64,000 nt of DNA from an uncultured delta proteobacterium. Its GTDB lineage: Bacteria; Myxococcota_A; UBA9160; UBA4427. The DNA lies in assembly GCA_963822965.1 (NCBI GenBank), contig CAWGJT010000010.1, positions 288,001 through 352,000 of the forward strand, given 5' to 3'. The notes under the pieces were generated by a model that was not told the DNA's origin, ran no database searches, and saw only the letters and a list, made by a program, of their open reading frames with translations. This document shows positions 28,899-39,095 of the stretch, piece after piece; positions within the stretch are counted from its first letter, which is position 1; every line of letters starts with the position of its first letter. The translations under genes were made by a program, and so were the position numbers.

Positions 28899-29762
28899 TC
28901 AGCGGACCACCGGCTTGGAGAGGGTGCCGCTCACGGTGAGGTGGGTGCGACCGTCGGGACCCGGCCGGCCGCGGGCTCCCAGCATGCCGGCCAGGCTGGC
29001 GTCGTGTACCTCGTAGGCGACGTCGATGGACAGGGGCTGCCGGGAGGGATCGGGCGCCTTCCCGACCCGGCCTTCGATGCTCGCGCCCACCAGGGGCCCT
29101 TCGAGCTCCACCCCCGAGAGCTTCAGGTACGAGTCGTCTCCGAAGAGGAGCTCTCCGTGCAGGCGATCGAAGGGCAGGGCGATGGGCAGCGAATCGGTGC
29201 TGAGGCTGCCCTCGCGCACGTCGAAGTCCACCGTCCCCAGCAGGCCGCCGCCCGCCTCCTCGCCCACCGCGTGCAGGTCGACGTCGGCGTCGAGCAGACC
29301 GTCGAGGCCGATCGACGCGAGCATCTCGAGGGGCAGGTAGGAGAGACGCACCGCCTCCAGCCGCCCCTGCCAGCCGCCGTTCTCGCCCAGGGTGACGGTG
29401 CCGAAGGCACTGCCCACCTGGCTCGTCAGGTCGAGGTGGACCGCCGGGATGCCGCGGAGCCAGGCCAGCGACCACGCGGGCCGCAGCACCAGCTCCTCGA
29501 CCTCGAAGGCGCGGGCTCCCTCGCGTCCCGCGACCACCTCCCGGGCCGCGAGCCCGGGGCCCAGCAGGCCGAGGTGGGGGGAGAGCTCGCCGATGCGCAG
29601 GCGGAGGTCCAGCGAGGACCCGACGGCGTCGCCCAGGCGCATGGCGAGCAGGTTGTACGGAAAGCCCAGGAAGACGAAGAACGCCGTCAGGAGGAGGGCC
29701 GCGACGGGGTAGGAGACGACCCGCAGCCAGCGGGGCACCCGGGATGCCGGATCGGCAGCCAT
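28899..29762 (-). CDS. gspN: Type II secretion protein N
   Basis: N-terminal TM followed by FP; beta-rich body; C-terminal SGTLSKP; last gene of the gsp cluster. Confidence 0.75.
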   Translation of the reverse strand: MAADPASRVPRWLRVVSYPVAALLLTAFFVFLGFPYNLLAMRLGDAVGSSLDLRLRIGELSPHLGLLGPGLAAREVVAGREGARAFEVEELVLRPAWSLAWLRGIPAVHLDLTSQVGSAFGTVTLGENGGWQGRLEAVRLSYLPLEMLASIGLDGLLDADVDLHAVGEEAGGGLLGTVDFDVREGSLSTDSLPIALPFDRLHGELLFGDDSYLKLSGVELEGPLVGASIEGRVGKAPDPSRQPLSIDVAYEVHDASLAGMLGARGRPGPDGRTHLTVSGTLSKPVVR

Positions 29763-29783
29763 CTCAGCGCAGCTCCGCCCGCA

Positions 29784-30335
29784 TCAGATGGCCTCGAAGG
29801 AGGAGACCGTGAACGCCACCTCGAGCATGTCGTTCTGATCGGGGCGCGTCTTGATCCGCAGACCCTTGACGGAGAACTGGCGCGGCGAGGACTCGATGCT
29901 GTGCAGGAAGCTCACCACCTGGGTCAGGGTGACGTTCTTGAGCGAGACCTCGACGCGCGTCTCCCGGTACAGCTCGTGGTCGGGCGACTTGCGCTCCTCC
30001 ATCGAGTCGATCTTGACGCCCGCGTTCTCCGCCAGGTTCTCGAGCAGGGTGAGGGTGTTCTGGCGGTCCCGGTTGTCCCGGATGCGCTGCTCGACGCCCG
30101 CGAGGCGCGCGTTGATGGACTCGTACTCCCGCCGCAGGCGCACCATCACCTCGAGCTGCTGCTCGGCCTCCTCGACCCGCGTGTGTGCCGACTCGTTGGC
30201 CGAGAGGATCGGGTTGACGATGGCGACGAAGACCAGCCCCGCCGAGAGCAGCGCGCCGACCGCCGAGACCAGCAGGCGCTCGCGCTGGGAGAGACCGTCC
30301 CACAGGGCGAGGAGTCGCGACCAGAGCTCGCTCAC
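29784..30335 (-). CDS. gspM: Type II secretion protein M
   Basis: WDGLSQRERLL, TM segment, coiled coil, ferredoxin-like C-terminus. Confidence 0.85.
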   Translation of the reverse strand: MSELWSRLLALWDGLSQRERLLVSAVGALLSAGLVFVAIVNPILSANESAHTRVEEAEQQLEVMVRLRREYESINARLAGVEQRIRDNRDRQNTLTLLENLAENAGVKIDSMEERKSPDHELYRETRVEVSLKNVTLTQVVSFLHSIESSPRQFSVKGLRIKTRPDQNDMLEVAFTVSSFEAI

Positions 30336-31909
30336 GCGTCCTCCCCGGGGACCGCCAGGGGAATGGTCAGGTTGAAGGTCTTGCCGTCGCCCCGGCGGCT
30401 GGCCTTCACCTCCCCGTCGATCTTGGCCTCGAGGAACGGCTCGCTCCCCGCCAGCTGGGTCGTGAGCCGATCCGCGGCCTCGAAGCTCTTGGCGAACACC
30501 TTGATGCGGATCACCCGCCGGTCGATGTTGACCTCCTCGAACTTCACTTCCAGGTCGTTGGGGACGCGGCGGGACAGCTCGGCCAGCAGGTCGAGCGCCG
30601 AGTGGTTGCCGCCGTAGACGCCCAGGAAGTCCGCCCGATCCCGGGCCTTCACCCCGGCCTCGCGCATGGCGTCGACGGGATTCTCGGGAACGGGCTCACC
30701 GGGGAAGGCGTCGGCGTAGATCTGCGCGACCTGGGCCTCCATCTGCACCGCGCGGCGGGAATCCAGGGTGATCGAGGTGGCCATGGAGGCGCCCATCAGC
30801 ACGACGACCGCGGCCGCCAGGCCGGCGGTGGTGCGCATGTCGCGCCCGAAGAACTGCCGCAGGTCCGTCCGATACGCGAACTCGTCCTGGCGGAAGTTCA
30901 TGCGCGTCAGCGCCTCGGCGGTCCCGCGCAGGGCCAGGGCGATGGCGGGCGCGAAGAGAACGGGATCGCCGCCGGCCACCAGGGCGGCGCCCTCCTCTTC
31001 GGGGGGCAGCGCCAGCCGGGCCGCGGTGATGCCCGTACGCTCGCTCAGGTACTCGTCGATGCGATGGAGCTTCGCGGTGCCCCCGAAGAGGGTGATCGTG
31101 GCGACCTTCGCCTCGGGCGAGCCGCCGAGCAGGGGCTCGTAGGACTCGAGGGTGCGCACGATCTCCCGGGCGATGCGATCGACGACCGCGAGCGCCCCGG
31201 CGGACGCGCCGTTGAAGCCGAGCGTGAAGATCCCGTCCTCGATCTTCACGCGCTCGGCCTCTTCCGGGCTGCACATCCGGTCCTTGGCGATCGCCTCGGT
31301 GAGAGCGCGTCCGCCCACGGGCAGGGTCCGGGTGGCGACGGCGCGACCGTCGATGGTGAGACACAGGGTGGTCTTGCGATGCCCGATGTCGGTGAGCAGG
31401 CGGGTCCCGGGCAGGTCGAAGAGCGCCGAGAGGTTTCCGAGCACGAAGCCCTCGGCTTCGATGACGCGCGGGTCGCAGTTGGCCGCGCGCAGCTCTTCGA
31501 GGCGCTCGGCCACGTGCTTGCGCTGGGCGATGGCCACGGCCACCGTGGCCTGGTTCCGCTCGCCGCCGACGATCTCCCAGTCCACCAGGATGTCCTCGAG
31601 GCGGAAGGGAACCTCGCCCTCCACCTCGAACGGAACCGCCTGGGCCAGCTTGCGCCGGTCACGGAAGGGGAACTCGAGGCGCCGGGACGAGAGCTGGTCT
31701 CCGGGCAGCGCGCAGATCACGTGCTCGAGGGGCAGGTGGTGCATGCGGATGAAGCGGCGCAGCACCTCGCCCAGCTCCGCGTCCGCGTCGGCCCGGGGAT
31801 GCAGGCGCAGCTGGACCGGCTCGAGCCCGCGCAGCGTCTGCCGCAGCTCGACGGCCTTGATGGTGTGGGACCCGAGGTCGAGGCCCACGACGTTCTTCAT
31901 CATCGGCAT
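30332..31909 (-). CDS. gspL: Type II secretion protein L (PilM-like actin-fold domain, TM, periplasmic domain)
   Basis: VGLDLGSHTIKAVEL, DIGHRKT, LFGGTAKL; position between gspK and gspM. Confidence 0.85.
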   Translation of the reverse strand: MPMMKNVVGLDLGSHTIKAVELRQTLRGLEPVQLRLHPRADADAELGEVLRRFIRMHHLPLEHVICALPGDQLSSRRLEFPFRDRRKLAQAVPFEVEGEVPFRLEDILVDWEIVGGERNQATVAVAIAQRKHVAERLEELRAANCDPRVIEAEGFVLGNLSALFDLPGTRLLTDIGHRKTTLCLTIDGRAVATRTLPVGGRALTEAIAKDRMCSPEEAERVKIEDGIFTLGFNGASAGALAVVDRIAREIVRTLESYEPLLGGSPEAKVATITLFGGTAKLHRIDEYLSERTGITAARLALPPEEEGAALVAGGDPVLFAPAIALALRGTAEALTRMNFRQDEFAYRTDLRQFFGRDMRTTAGLAAAVVVLMGASMATSITLDSRRAVQMEAQVAQIYADAFPGEPVPENPVDAMREAGVKARDRADFLGVYGGNHSALDLLAELSRRVPNDLEVKFEEVNIDRRVIRIKVFAKSFEAADRLTTQLAGSEPFLEAKIDGEVKASRRGDGKTFNLTIPLAVPGEDA

Positions 31910-32106
31910 GGTGTCAGCCGGCTCTCCCGATCTCCCGGGCCGGTCGCCCGGCCGGGCCCTGCGTCTTGCGCTTCCTCATGCTCACTTCTGGCCCCTGCGG
32001 CTGCTCACTTCTGGCTCTCGCGGCCCCGCGGGCCCGCCTCGCCCTGGCCCTGCTGCACGTGGTCTCGTCTCCACGTGGTTCTCGTCGTCCGAACGGGAGT
32101 GCAGCC

Positions 32107-33201
32107 TCACTGCATTCGCCAGAATAGCAGCTGGGGGGCGGTGATCTCTTTGCGGTCGACGACCGCCACCAGCGTCCGTTGGATCTCCCCCACCCGGGCG
32201 CGCACCCGGACCGTGAAGGTGTCGGAGTCGTCCGGCAGCACCGCGGGCGGGAAGACGCTTCCCTCGCCGAGGTCCACCTCGGAGAGGCTCACGCACTCGT
32301 GCTCGGGGGACGCCGTCGTACACACCAGGCGCCCCTCCTCCCGCACCTTGAGGATTCGCCCCACGGTGTCGGCGGTCAGGAGCCGGCGGTCCCCGCTGAC
32401 GCCCGAGTAGACCAGGCCGAGGACGTGGGGCGGGGCGGTGTTGAGATCGATGCCCGGTGCGTCGACGATGGGATAGACCGTGACGTAGGGACGCAGCGCG
32501 TCGACGAGCCGGCCGTCGAAGCCCTCCACGAGGCCGAGCTCGTCCACGGAGAGCAGCGGCCGGTTGGCGGCGTGATAGGGCGGATCCTGCGCCAGGTAGT
32601 AGTCGTCCTCCCGGCCGCCCACCGTGCGCCACGGGTCGACGTCCATGTAGTCGATCAGGTTGCGGGCCAGCTCGCGCGGGTCGTAGAGCGCCCTCTCGGC
32701 CGGTTCGATGGGCATCTCGTCGATGATCCGGGTGAGGATCTCCGTGAGGTACTGCTCGGCGTCCGGATCCGTCGGCTCCTCGGTACCCGTGTAGGGGACG
32801 ATGGCGTTCAGGTTGAGGCGGTTGCCCGCGTCCCGGATCTCGATCCGGATGCGCCCGCCCTCGGGGTCGACGATGTCGTAGTCGCGCAGCTGGTTCCACA
32901 CGTCGTCGGGGGTGTTGCCCGGGGTCAGACCGGGGGGCAGATCCACCCCGGTGGCCAGCAGGTTCTTGGTGAAGCGGTCGAAGACGAGCATGGCGGTGGC
33001 GAGCCGCAGGCCGCCGCGGGCCAGGGCGGCCGCCTTGGCGGCGTCGTCGCGGTTCCGGACGATCATCGTGTCGATCAACGCCCGCTTGCCGAACGTGACG
33101 AGGGACACCGAGAGCAGCAGGGCCAGCACCAGCACCAAGGCCAGCACCACGCCCCGCTCGCTCCGGCCCCGCGGCGCGGATCCGTTCGTCCATCGGGTCA
33201 T
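32107..33201 (-). CDS. gspK: Type II secretion minor pseudopilin K
   Basis: RG|VVLALVL prepilin-like N-terminus, RLNLN, ELGLVEGF, IDLNTAP. Confidence 0.88.
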   Translation of the reverse strand: MTRWTNGSAPRGRSERGVVLALVLVLALLLSVSLVTFGKRALIDTMIVRNRDDAAKAAALARGGLRLATAMLVFDRFTKNLLATGVDLPPGLTPGNTPDDVWNQLRDYDIVDPEGGRIRIEIRDAGNRLNLNAIVPYTGTEEPTDPDAEQYLTEILTRIIDEMPIEPAERALYDPRELARNLIDYMDVDPWRTVGGREDDYYLAQDPPYHAANRPLLSVDELGLVEGFDGRLVDALRPYVTVYPIVDAPGIDLNTAPPHVLGLVYSGVSGDRRLLTADTVGRILKVREEGRLVCTTASPEHECVSLSEVDLGEGSVFPPAVLPDDSDTFTVRVRARVGEIQRTLVAVVDRKEITAPQLLFWRMQ

Positions 33202-34166
33202 CGCTGGTTCCTCATCTGCTCGAGGAGGCCGGGATCGAAGCCCTCGGGCAGGTCGAGGTCGTCCACGTCGAGGCTGCCGCCGGCCTGGGTGCCGGCGCCG
33301 CCGGCGCCGTTCTGCGTGTTCTGCGTGTTCTGCCCGCTCTGCCGGTTCTGTCCGTTCTGCTGATCCTGCTGCTGCGCCTCGTCGGCCACGGCCTGGAGCA
33401 TCGCCGCGAGGTCGACGGGCTGCATGGGCAGGTTCACGCGGCGGACGAAGAGCCGATCCTCTTCGTCTGCGTCCCGGAAGTCTTCGGGCTCGTCGCGCGC
33501 TTCGTCCCCGGCCGGCACGAAGGAGATCTCGATCTCCGCCGCGCGGGGCAGCTGGCCGGACTGCTCGAGCAGGGAGGAGTCCCAGTCGTCCAGCCACTCT
33601 CCGTTCTCGTCGAGGAAGCGCATCCCGAAGGACTCGATGCGATTGGCGACGAGCATGAAGCGCTCGTCCTGGGCGGAAGGGAACTCCCGGTCGAGCCCCT
33701 CGGGCAGGCCGGGGGTGACGGCGCGGAGCAGCTCGTAGCCGGCTTCATCGTCGGCGGGATGCAGCAGGTAGGTGACCATCGCGAGGTCCGAGCCGTGGTC
33801 CAGGGGATTCTTCGGACGGTTGCTCCGGCTGGCGAACTTCACGCGGTCGGACGCGGAGTCGCCCTCGTCGCTCTCCGCGAGGAAGATCCACGGCTGCAGG
33901 TTGGGATCGACGTCCGGCGGCTTCGCCAGCAGGTACGCGCCCTCGAGGTCCCGGGCGATGCGGTCGAGCACCGCGAGCGCCAGCCGGCCGTCCCGGGCCT
34001 TGCGCTCGGCGGCGTCGGTGGAGTCGCTGAGCTGCACGAAGAACGCGATCGCGACCGTCATCACGACCGCGGTGAGGAAGACGGCGGCCAACACCTCGAT
34101 CAAGGTGAAGCCGTCGGCCGAGGGCGCCCCGCGCTCCGGGTCCCGAATGCGGCGGCGGGTCGTCAT
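33198..34166 (-). CDS. gspJ: Type II secretion minor pseudopilin J
   Basis: G|FTLIEVL N-methylation motif; WLDDWDS...LPRAAEIEI. Confidence 0.85.
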   Translation of the reverse strand: MTTRRRIRDPERGAPSADGFTLIEVLAAVFLTAVVMTVAIAFFVQLSDSTDAAERKARDGRLALAVLDRIARDLEGAYLLAKPPDVDPNLQPWIFLAESDEGDSASDRVKFASRSNRPKNPLDHGSDLAMVTYLLHPADDEAGYELLRAVTPGLPEGLDREFPSAQDERFMLVANRIESFGMRFLDENGEWLDDWDSSLLEQSGQLPRAAEIEISFVPAGDEARDEPEDFRDADEEDRLFVRRVNLPMQPVDLAAMLQAVADEAQQQDQQNGQNRQSGQNTQNTQNGAGGAGTQAGGSLDVDDLDLPEGFDPGLLEQMRNQR

Positions 34167-34741
34167 GGGTTGCTTCCGGGCGCGGTCGCGGCGTCGGTCC
34201 CGTCGTCCGGGACGTCCTCCCCGGCGGGCTGGTTCGGGGTCGCCCCGAGCTGCTCGTAGAGGCGTCCGCTGTCCCACGCATACGTGAAGCGTGTGACCTC
34301 CTCCTCGACGGCGCCCTCGATCCAGCTGACGCGCACCCGCACGGTGTGGAGATCGGTGGCCAGGTTCGCCAGGTCGCCCGCGAGCAGCTCGGCCAGCCCC
34401 TCGTCGGGGGCTGCGCCGTCCAACCCGGTGAGGGGCAGCAGCTCCACGCGCACCAGGAACTGGCCCTCCTCGGACTCGTCCCCGGCCTCCGAGGGGAACT
34501 CGCCGTCCTCCATGCCGAGCTCGACGTCCGCCAGCACCTGGTCGGCCAGCAGGGAGGCGCGGATGCGACGCTCGTTCTCGCCCTCGTAGCGCAGGCCCTG
34601 AATCGCGAAGCTCGCGAACACCGCGTACAGGATCCCGAGGATCGCCACCGCGGCGAGCACCTCGAGCAGGGTGAAGGCCCGGGTGCGGCACGGGGGAGGC
34701 GACGCGGTCGAGCGCCGCGCGGCTTCAGTCCTGCTCTTCAT
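34163..34741 (-). CDS. gspI: Type II secretion minor pseudopilin I
   Basis: A|FTLLEVLAAVAIL; gene order H-I-J-K. Confidence 0.8.
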   Translation of the reverse strand: MKSRTEAARRSTASPPPCRTRAFTLLEVLAAVAILGILYAVFASFAIQGLRYEGENERRIRASLLADQVLADVELGMEDGEFPSEAGDESEEGQFLVRVELLPLTGLDGAAPDEGLAELLAGDLANLATDLHTVRVRVSWIEGAVEEEVTRFTYAWDSGRLYEQLGATPNQPAGEDVPDDGTDAATAPGSNP

Positions 34742-35357
34742 GGATCCGGACCACCTCGAACAGGGGCGCCACGTCCAGGTCGATGCTGCGGAGGTCCGGG
34801 TCCGAGATCACGATCTGCACGGCGTCGCTCGAGCCGTCCCAGTCGAAGACCACGTAGGTCTCTCCGCTCTCGATCCAGCCCTCGGGCGTGTCCACGCCCT
34901 CGAAGAAGTAGCCCTTCTCGAGCGACTCCACGTGCCCGAGCTTGCTGGGAATCGGGTAGTAGTCGGCGTCGTCCTCGACGGGAGCCGAGAGATCGAGGAC
35001 GCCGTCGGGCGGCGGCGGCTCCGGCGTTTCCCCCTCTTCGCCGAACGCCTGGGCCTCGTCGACCAGCCAGTCGATCCAGAAGCGGCCACCCTCGAGGTCG
35101 AGCACCACCCGATGCGGCTTGCCGGTGACCACGGCCCGCTGGCGCGCCAGCTCCAGGCTGGCGGCGACCCGGTCGGCCTGCTTTCGCAGGGCGCGGCCAC
35201 CGCCGGCGCCGAGGGCCGGCAGGAGCAGGCTCATCATCAGGCCGAGGATCAGCACGACGGCCATGACCTCGATGAGCGTGAAGGCACGGCGCCGCTCCGA
35301 CGGGGGAGCGAGGGGCCGGCCCGGCGTCCGGTCGTGGCTACTCGCTCTCAGTGTCAC
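34725..35357 (-). CDS. gspH: Type II secretion minor pseudopilin H
   Basis: A|FTLIEVMAVV, LELARQRAV; start approximate. Confidence 0.8.
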   Translation of the reverse strand: MTLRASSHDRTPGRPLAPPSERRRAFTLIEVMAVVLILGLMMSLLLPALGAGGGRALRKQADRVAASLELARQRAVVTGKPHRVVLDLEGGRFWIDWLVDEAQAFGEEGETPEPPPPDGVLDLSAPVEDDADYYPIPSKLGHVESLEKGYFFEGVDTPEGWIESGETYVVFDWDGSSDAVQIVISDPDLRSIDLDVAPLFEVVRIHEEQD

Positions 35358-35940
35358 TCCAGTTGCCGATTTCCCCGTTGAGGCCCGTGCCGCCGGGAGC
35401 GCCGTCGGCTCCCTGGGACCACACGTCGAAGGTGTGCTCGTTGTGCTGTCCGGGGCTCTGGTAGAGGAAGGGCTGGTCCCACGGGTCGACGAGCCCGTCC
35501 CTGTTCTTGAGATAGCCGCCGGGGGGATAGCTCCGCGCACCCGGCGGGGCCTCGATCAGGGCCTTCAGGCCCTCCTCGGTGCTCGGGTAGCGGGAGTTGT
35601 CCATGCGGTAGAACTCGAGGGCGTTCTCGATCTGCTTGATCTGGATCCTCGCCGTGGCCATGCGCGCCTCGTCCACCCGACCGAAGACGGTGACCCCCAC
35701 GATGCCCATGAGCAGCCCCATGATGATCACCACCGCCATGATCTCGATCAGGGTGAAGCCATCGGTGCGGCGCGCAGCCCCGACGCGCCCGTGCGGGGAC
35801 CCGAGCCGGGCCTCGCTTCGGCCGCGCTGCTGCGGGTCGTTCCGATCGAGGGAGAGCCGATCCGCGGTGCTCCGGTCCGGGGTGCTCTGATCCAGGGTGC
35901 TCTGATCCGGGGTGCTCTGATCCAGGGAAGGGAAAGCCAT
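35338..35940 (-). CDS. gspG: Type II secretion major pseudopilin G
   Basis: G|FTLIEIMAVV, YPSTEEGLKAL, DPWDQPF.Y.SPG, S.GADG.PGG. Confidence 0.93.
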   Translation of the reverse strand: MAFPSLDQSTPDQSTLDQSTPDRSTADRLSLDRNDPQQRGRSEARLGSPHGRVGAARRTDGFTLIEIMAVVIIMGLLMGIVGVTVFGRVDEARMATARIQIKQIENALEFYRMDNSRYPSTEEGLKALIEAPPGARSYPPGGYLKNRDGLVDPWDQPFLYQSPGQHNEHTFDVWSQGADGAPGGTGLNGEIGNWSDTESE

Positions 35941-35972
35941 GATGTTTCTCCGTCGGCCCGGCCGCATGCGGC

Positions 35973-37217
35973 TCAGCCCAGTGTGTTCGTGATCTGGAGC
36001 AGGGGCATCAGCGTCGCGAGGATGATCACGAGGACGATGCCGACCATCACCAGGATGAGCAACGGCTCGATCAGGGACGTCAGCTTCGCGATCGTCGACT
36101 CGACCTGCTCGTCGTAGGTGTTGGCGACCTTGTCCAGCATCGCCTCGAGCTCTCCACTGCGCTCCCCCACCTCGATCATGGTGGTCACCATCGGCGGGAA
36201 CTCGCCGCTGGCCCGCAGCGGCCGGGCCAACGAGGTGCCCTCGAGGACCGCCGTCCGCGCGTCCTCGATCGCGGACGACAACACCTGGTTGTTCGCCACG
36301 AAGCGGGCGATGTCCAGGGACTTGACGATGCCGACGCCCGCGGCGAGCAGGGTGGCCAGGGTGCGGCTGAAGCGCGCGATCGCCACGACGCGCACGATGC
36401 GTCCGACCACGGGCATGCGCAGCAGGGTGCGGTCGTACCAGAGCCGCCCGCCCTCGGTTCGGAGCGTCGCCTGGAAGCCGAAGTAGCCGGCGGCGGCGGC
36501 GATGGCCATCGCCCACCACCAGCTGCGCGCGAAGGCCGAGCCGGTGATCACCCATTCGGTGTAGAAGGGGAGGTCCTGGTCCAGGGACTCCAGCAGGCCG
36601 GTGATCTGGGGCAGCACCCAGGTCACGAGGGCCACCACCACCAGCGCCGTGAACGCCAACATGAACGCGGGGTACATCAGAATCGACCCGATCTTGCCCG
36701 CGAGTCGCACCTGCTCCTCCAGGTAGTCCGAGATGCGCAGGAGCACGGGGTCGAGGCTGCCGCTCGCCTCCCCGGCGCGAATCATGCTGACGTAGAGGTT
36801 GTCGAACTCGCCGGCGTCCTCGAGCGCGTCGGCCAGGGACGAGCCCTCGTTGACGCGATCGCGCACCTGGGCCATCACGGCCTTGAGGTAGGGATGCTCG
36901 ATCTGTTGCACGAGCGCGCCCATCGCCTCGACCAGGGGAATGCCGGCCCCGACCAGGGTGGCCAGCTGGCGCGTGGCGACGGCCCGTTCGAGACCCGGAA
37001 TGCGGCGCCCGAACCGGATCGGGACGTTGAACGAGAAGCGGTGCCCGGCGTCCTCGCCGGTACGCGCGACGGCCTGCGACGAGGCCTCCCCGATGTCGGT
37101 CAGGAAGATGCCGTCCTGCCGCATCTTCACCCGGGCGGCGCGCAGGCTGTCCGCACTGACCTGCCCGCGGGTCGATCTGCCCGCCGCGGTGACCCCTTTG
37201 TATGCATAGACCGGCAA
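35973..37217 (-). CDS. gspF: Type II secretion inner-membrane platform protein F
   Basis: TRQLATLVGAGIPL, AGEASGSL, YP, GERSGEL, IEP. Confidence 0.94.
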   Translation of the reverse strand: MPVYAYKGVTAAGRSTRGQVSADSLRAARVKMRQDGIFLTDIGEASSQAVARTGEDAGHRFSFNVPIRFGRRIPGLERAVATRQLATLVGAGIPLVEAMGALVQQIEHPYLKAVMAQVRDRVNEGSSLADALEDAGEFDNLYVSMIRAGEASGSLDPVLLRISDYLEEQVRLAGKIGSILMYPAFMLAFTALVVVALVTWVLPQITGLLESLDQDLPFYTEWVITGSAFARSWWWAMAIAAAAGYFGFQATLRTEGGRLWYDRTLLRMPVVGRIVRVVAIARFSRTLATLLAAGVGIVKSLDIARFVANNQVLSSAIEDARTAVLEGTSLARPLRASGEFPPMVTTMIEVGERSGELEAMLDKVANTYDEQVESTIAKLTSLIEPLLILVMVGIVLVIILATLMPLLQITNTLG

Positions 37218-37346
37218 GAATCTCTCGCTCCTGGGCCTCGCCTCGAGGCCGTTCCGGGCCGGGTGCGTCGAAGTGTGACACTGAGCGTCGGACCGGGTTC
37301 CCGCCGCCGCGTTTCGGGGCCGGCGGGGATGCCGGAGTCCCCGGCG

Positions 37347-39095
37347 CTAGATCTGGGCGATGGACCCCTCTTCCTCGGTGGCGCGGATGACCTCGGCGAC
37401 CGACGTGATGCCGCGCAGCACCTTGCGGGCGCCGTCCACCCGCAGGGTTCCCATGCCCTTGCCGACGGCCGCCTTCTTGATGGTCTTCGAGTCGATGTTC
37501 TTGGAGACCATGGAGCGGATCTCGTCGTCGATCATCATCAGCTCGAAGATGCCCATGCGGCCGCGGTAGCCCGTGTAGTTGCACGCGGCGCAGCCCACCG
37601 CCTTGTAGAGCGTGACGTCCCGGTCCGGCGGCTTGACGCCGATCTCCTGCAGCTCCTCGGGCGCGGTGACGTAGGCCTCCCGACAGTCGGTGCAGAGCAC
37701 CCGGACCAGACGCTGGGCGAGCACGGCCACCAGGGACGAGCCCACCAGGAATGGCTCGACCCCCATGTCCACGAGCCGCGTGATGGCGCTGGGCGCGTCG
37801 TTCGTGTGCAGGGTCGAGAGCACCAGGTGGCCCGTGAGGGACGCCTGGATGGCGATCTCGGCGGTCTCCAGGTCGCGGATCTCCCCCACCAGGATGACGT
37901 TCGGGTCCTGCCGCAGGATGGAGCGCAGCCCCTCGGCGAAGGTGAGCCCGACCTTCGTGTTCACCTCGATCTGTCCGATCCCGGGCTGCTGGATCTCGAC
38001 CGGGTTCTCGATGGTGAGGATGTTCTTGTCGGGCTGGTTGATGGTGGCCAGCGCCGCGTGCAGGGTCGTCGTCTTGCCGCTGCCCGTGGGACCCGTCACC
38101 AGGAAGATCCCGTTCGGTCGCCGCACGATGCGGGCCAGGGCCTTCAGCTGGGCCTCGCTGAAGCCCACCTTCTCGAGGTCGAGCAGGTCCTGGGAATCGG
38201 GCAGGAGGCGCATCACCAGGCGCTCGCCGAAGGCCACCGGCACGGTCGAGAGGCGGACGTCGTAGTCCTTGCCGGCGATCTTGAGCCGGATGCGGCCGTC
38301 CTGCGGATGGCGCTTCTCGGCGATGTCGAGGTTGCCCATGATCTTGATACGGGACGCGATGCTGGCCTGCAGTCCGCGGGGCAGGGGCTTCATCGGCTCG
38401 TAGAGCACGTCGTCGATCCGGAAGCGGACCCGGATCTCCTTCTCGAAGGGCTCGATGTGGATGTCGCTGGCCCGCTCCTTGACGGCATGCTGCAGCAGCG
38501 AGTTCACGAGACGGATGATTGGCGCGTCGTCCGTCGCCTCCAGCAGGTCCTTCGGCTCGGGGATGTCGAGCTCCAGGGAGTCGAGATCGCCGCTCGCCTC
38601 CTCGGCCAGCTGGTCGGTGGCGGCGTGGCCGCGGTCGTAGACGGAGTTGATCGCTTGCAGGATGAGCCGCTCGCTCGCGAGCTCGATGCGCAGATCGGCA
38701 CCGTCGAAGAGCAGGCGCAGGTCGTCGATGGGCGCCGTGTCCAGGGGGTTCGCGGAGACGATGCGCACCTCGTCGTCGGCGGTGCGACCCACCGCGATGA
38801 GCGTGTGCTGCTTGGCGAAGCCGATCGGCAGCCGCAGTGCCGTCGCCTCGTCGATCCCCTCGACGGGCAGGTCGTCGAGAAGGGTCAGGCCGAGCTGCTC
38901 CGCGAGTGCGCGACGCAGCTCGTCCGCGTTGATCAGCCCCTCCTCGAGGAGGATCTCGGAGAGGGATTCCTGGCTCTCCAGCTGCCGCTCGCGCGCGCGC
39001 GCGAGCTGCTCCGGCTCGAGTCGGGTGGTGCGCAGGAGCGCCGTGCCGAGGTCGAGAGCCTCGAGGGTCGACGGGGTGGGGGCTGCCTGGCTCAC
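37347..39095 (-). CDS. gspE: Type II secretion ATPase E
   Basis: ASDIHIEP, PQDGRI, GPTGSGKTT, LRQDP..ILVGEIRD, STLHTN, CxxC pair. Confidence 0.96.
   Translation of the reverse strand: MSQAAPTPSTLEALDLGTALLRTTRLEPEQLARARERQLESQESLSEILLEEGLINADELRRALAEQLGLTLLDDLPVEGIDEATALRLPIGFAKQHTLIAVGRTADDEVRIVSANPLDTAPIDDLRLLFDGADLRIELASERLILQAINSVYDRGHAATDQLAEEASGDLDSLELDIPEPKDLLEATDDAPIIRLVNSLLQHAVKERASDIHIEPFEKEIRVRFRIDDVLYEPMKPLPRGLQASIASRIKIMGNLDIAEKRHPQDGRIRLKIAGKDYDVRLSTVPVAFGERLVMRLLPDSQDLLDLEKVGFSEAQLKALARIVRRPNGIFLVTGPTGSGKTTTLHAALATINQPDKNILTIENPVEIQQPGIGQIEVNTKVGLTFAEGLRSILRQDPNVILVGEIRDLETAEIAIQASLTGHLVLSTLHTNDAPSAITRLVDMGVEPFLVGSSLVAVLAQRLVRVLCTDCREAYVTAPEELQEIGVKPPDRDVTLYKAVGCAACNYTGYRGRMGIFELMMIDDEIRSMVSKNIDSKTIKKAAVGKGMGTLRVDGARKVLRGITSVAEVIRATEEEGSIAQI

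Noticed and set aside
30332..31909. Type IV pilus PilM-PilN fusion as a novelty
   Set aside because: GspL normally has a PilM-like cytoplasmic domain plus a periplasmic domain, and the position fits gspL.
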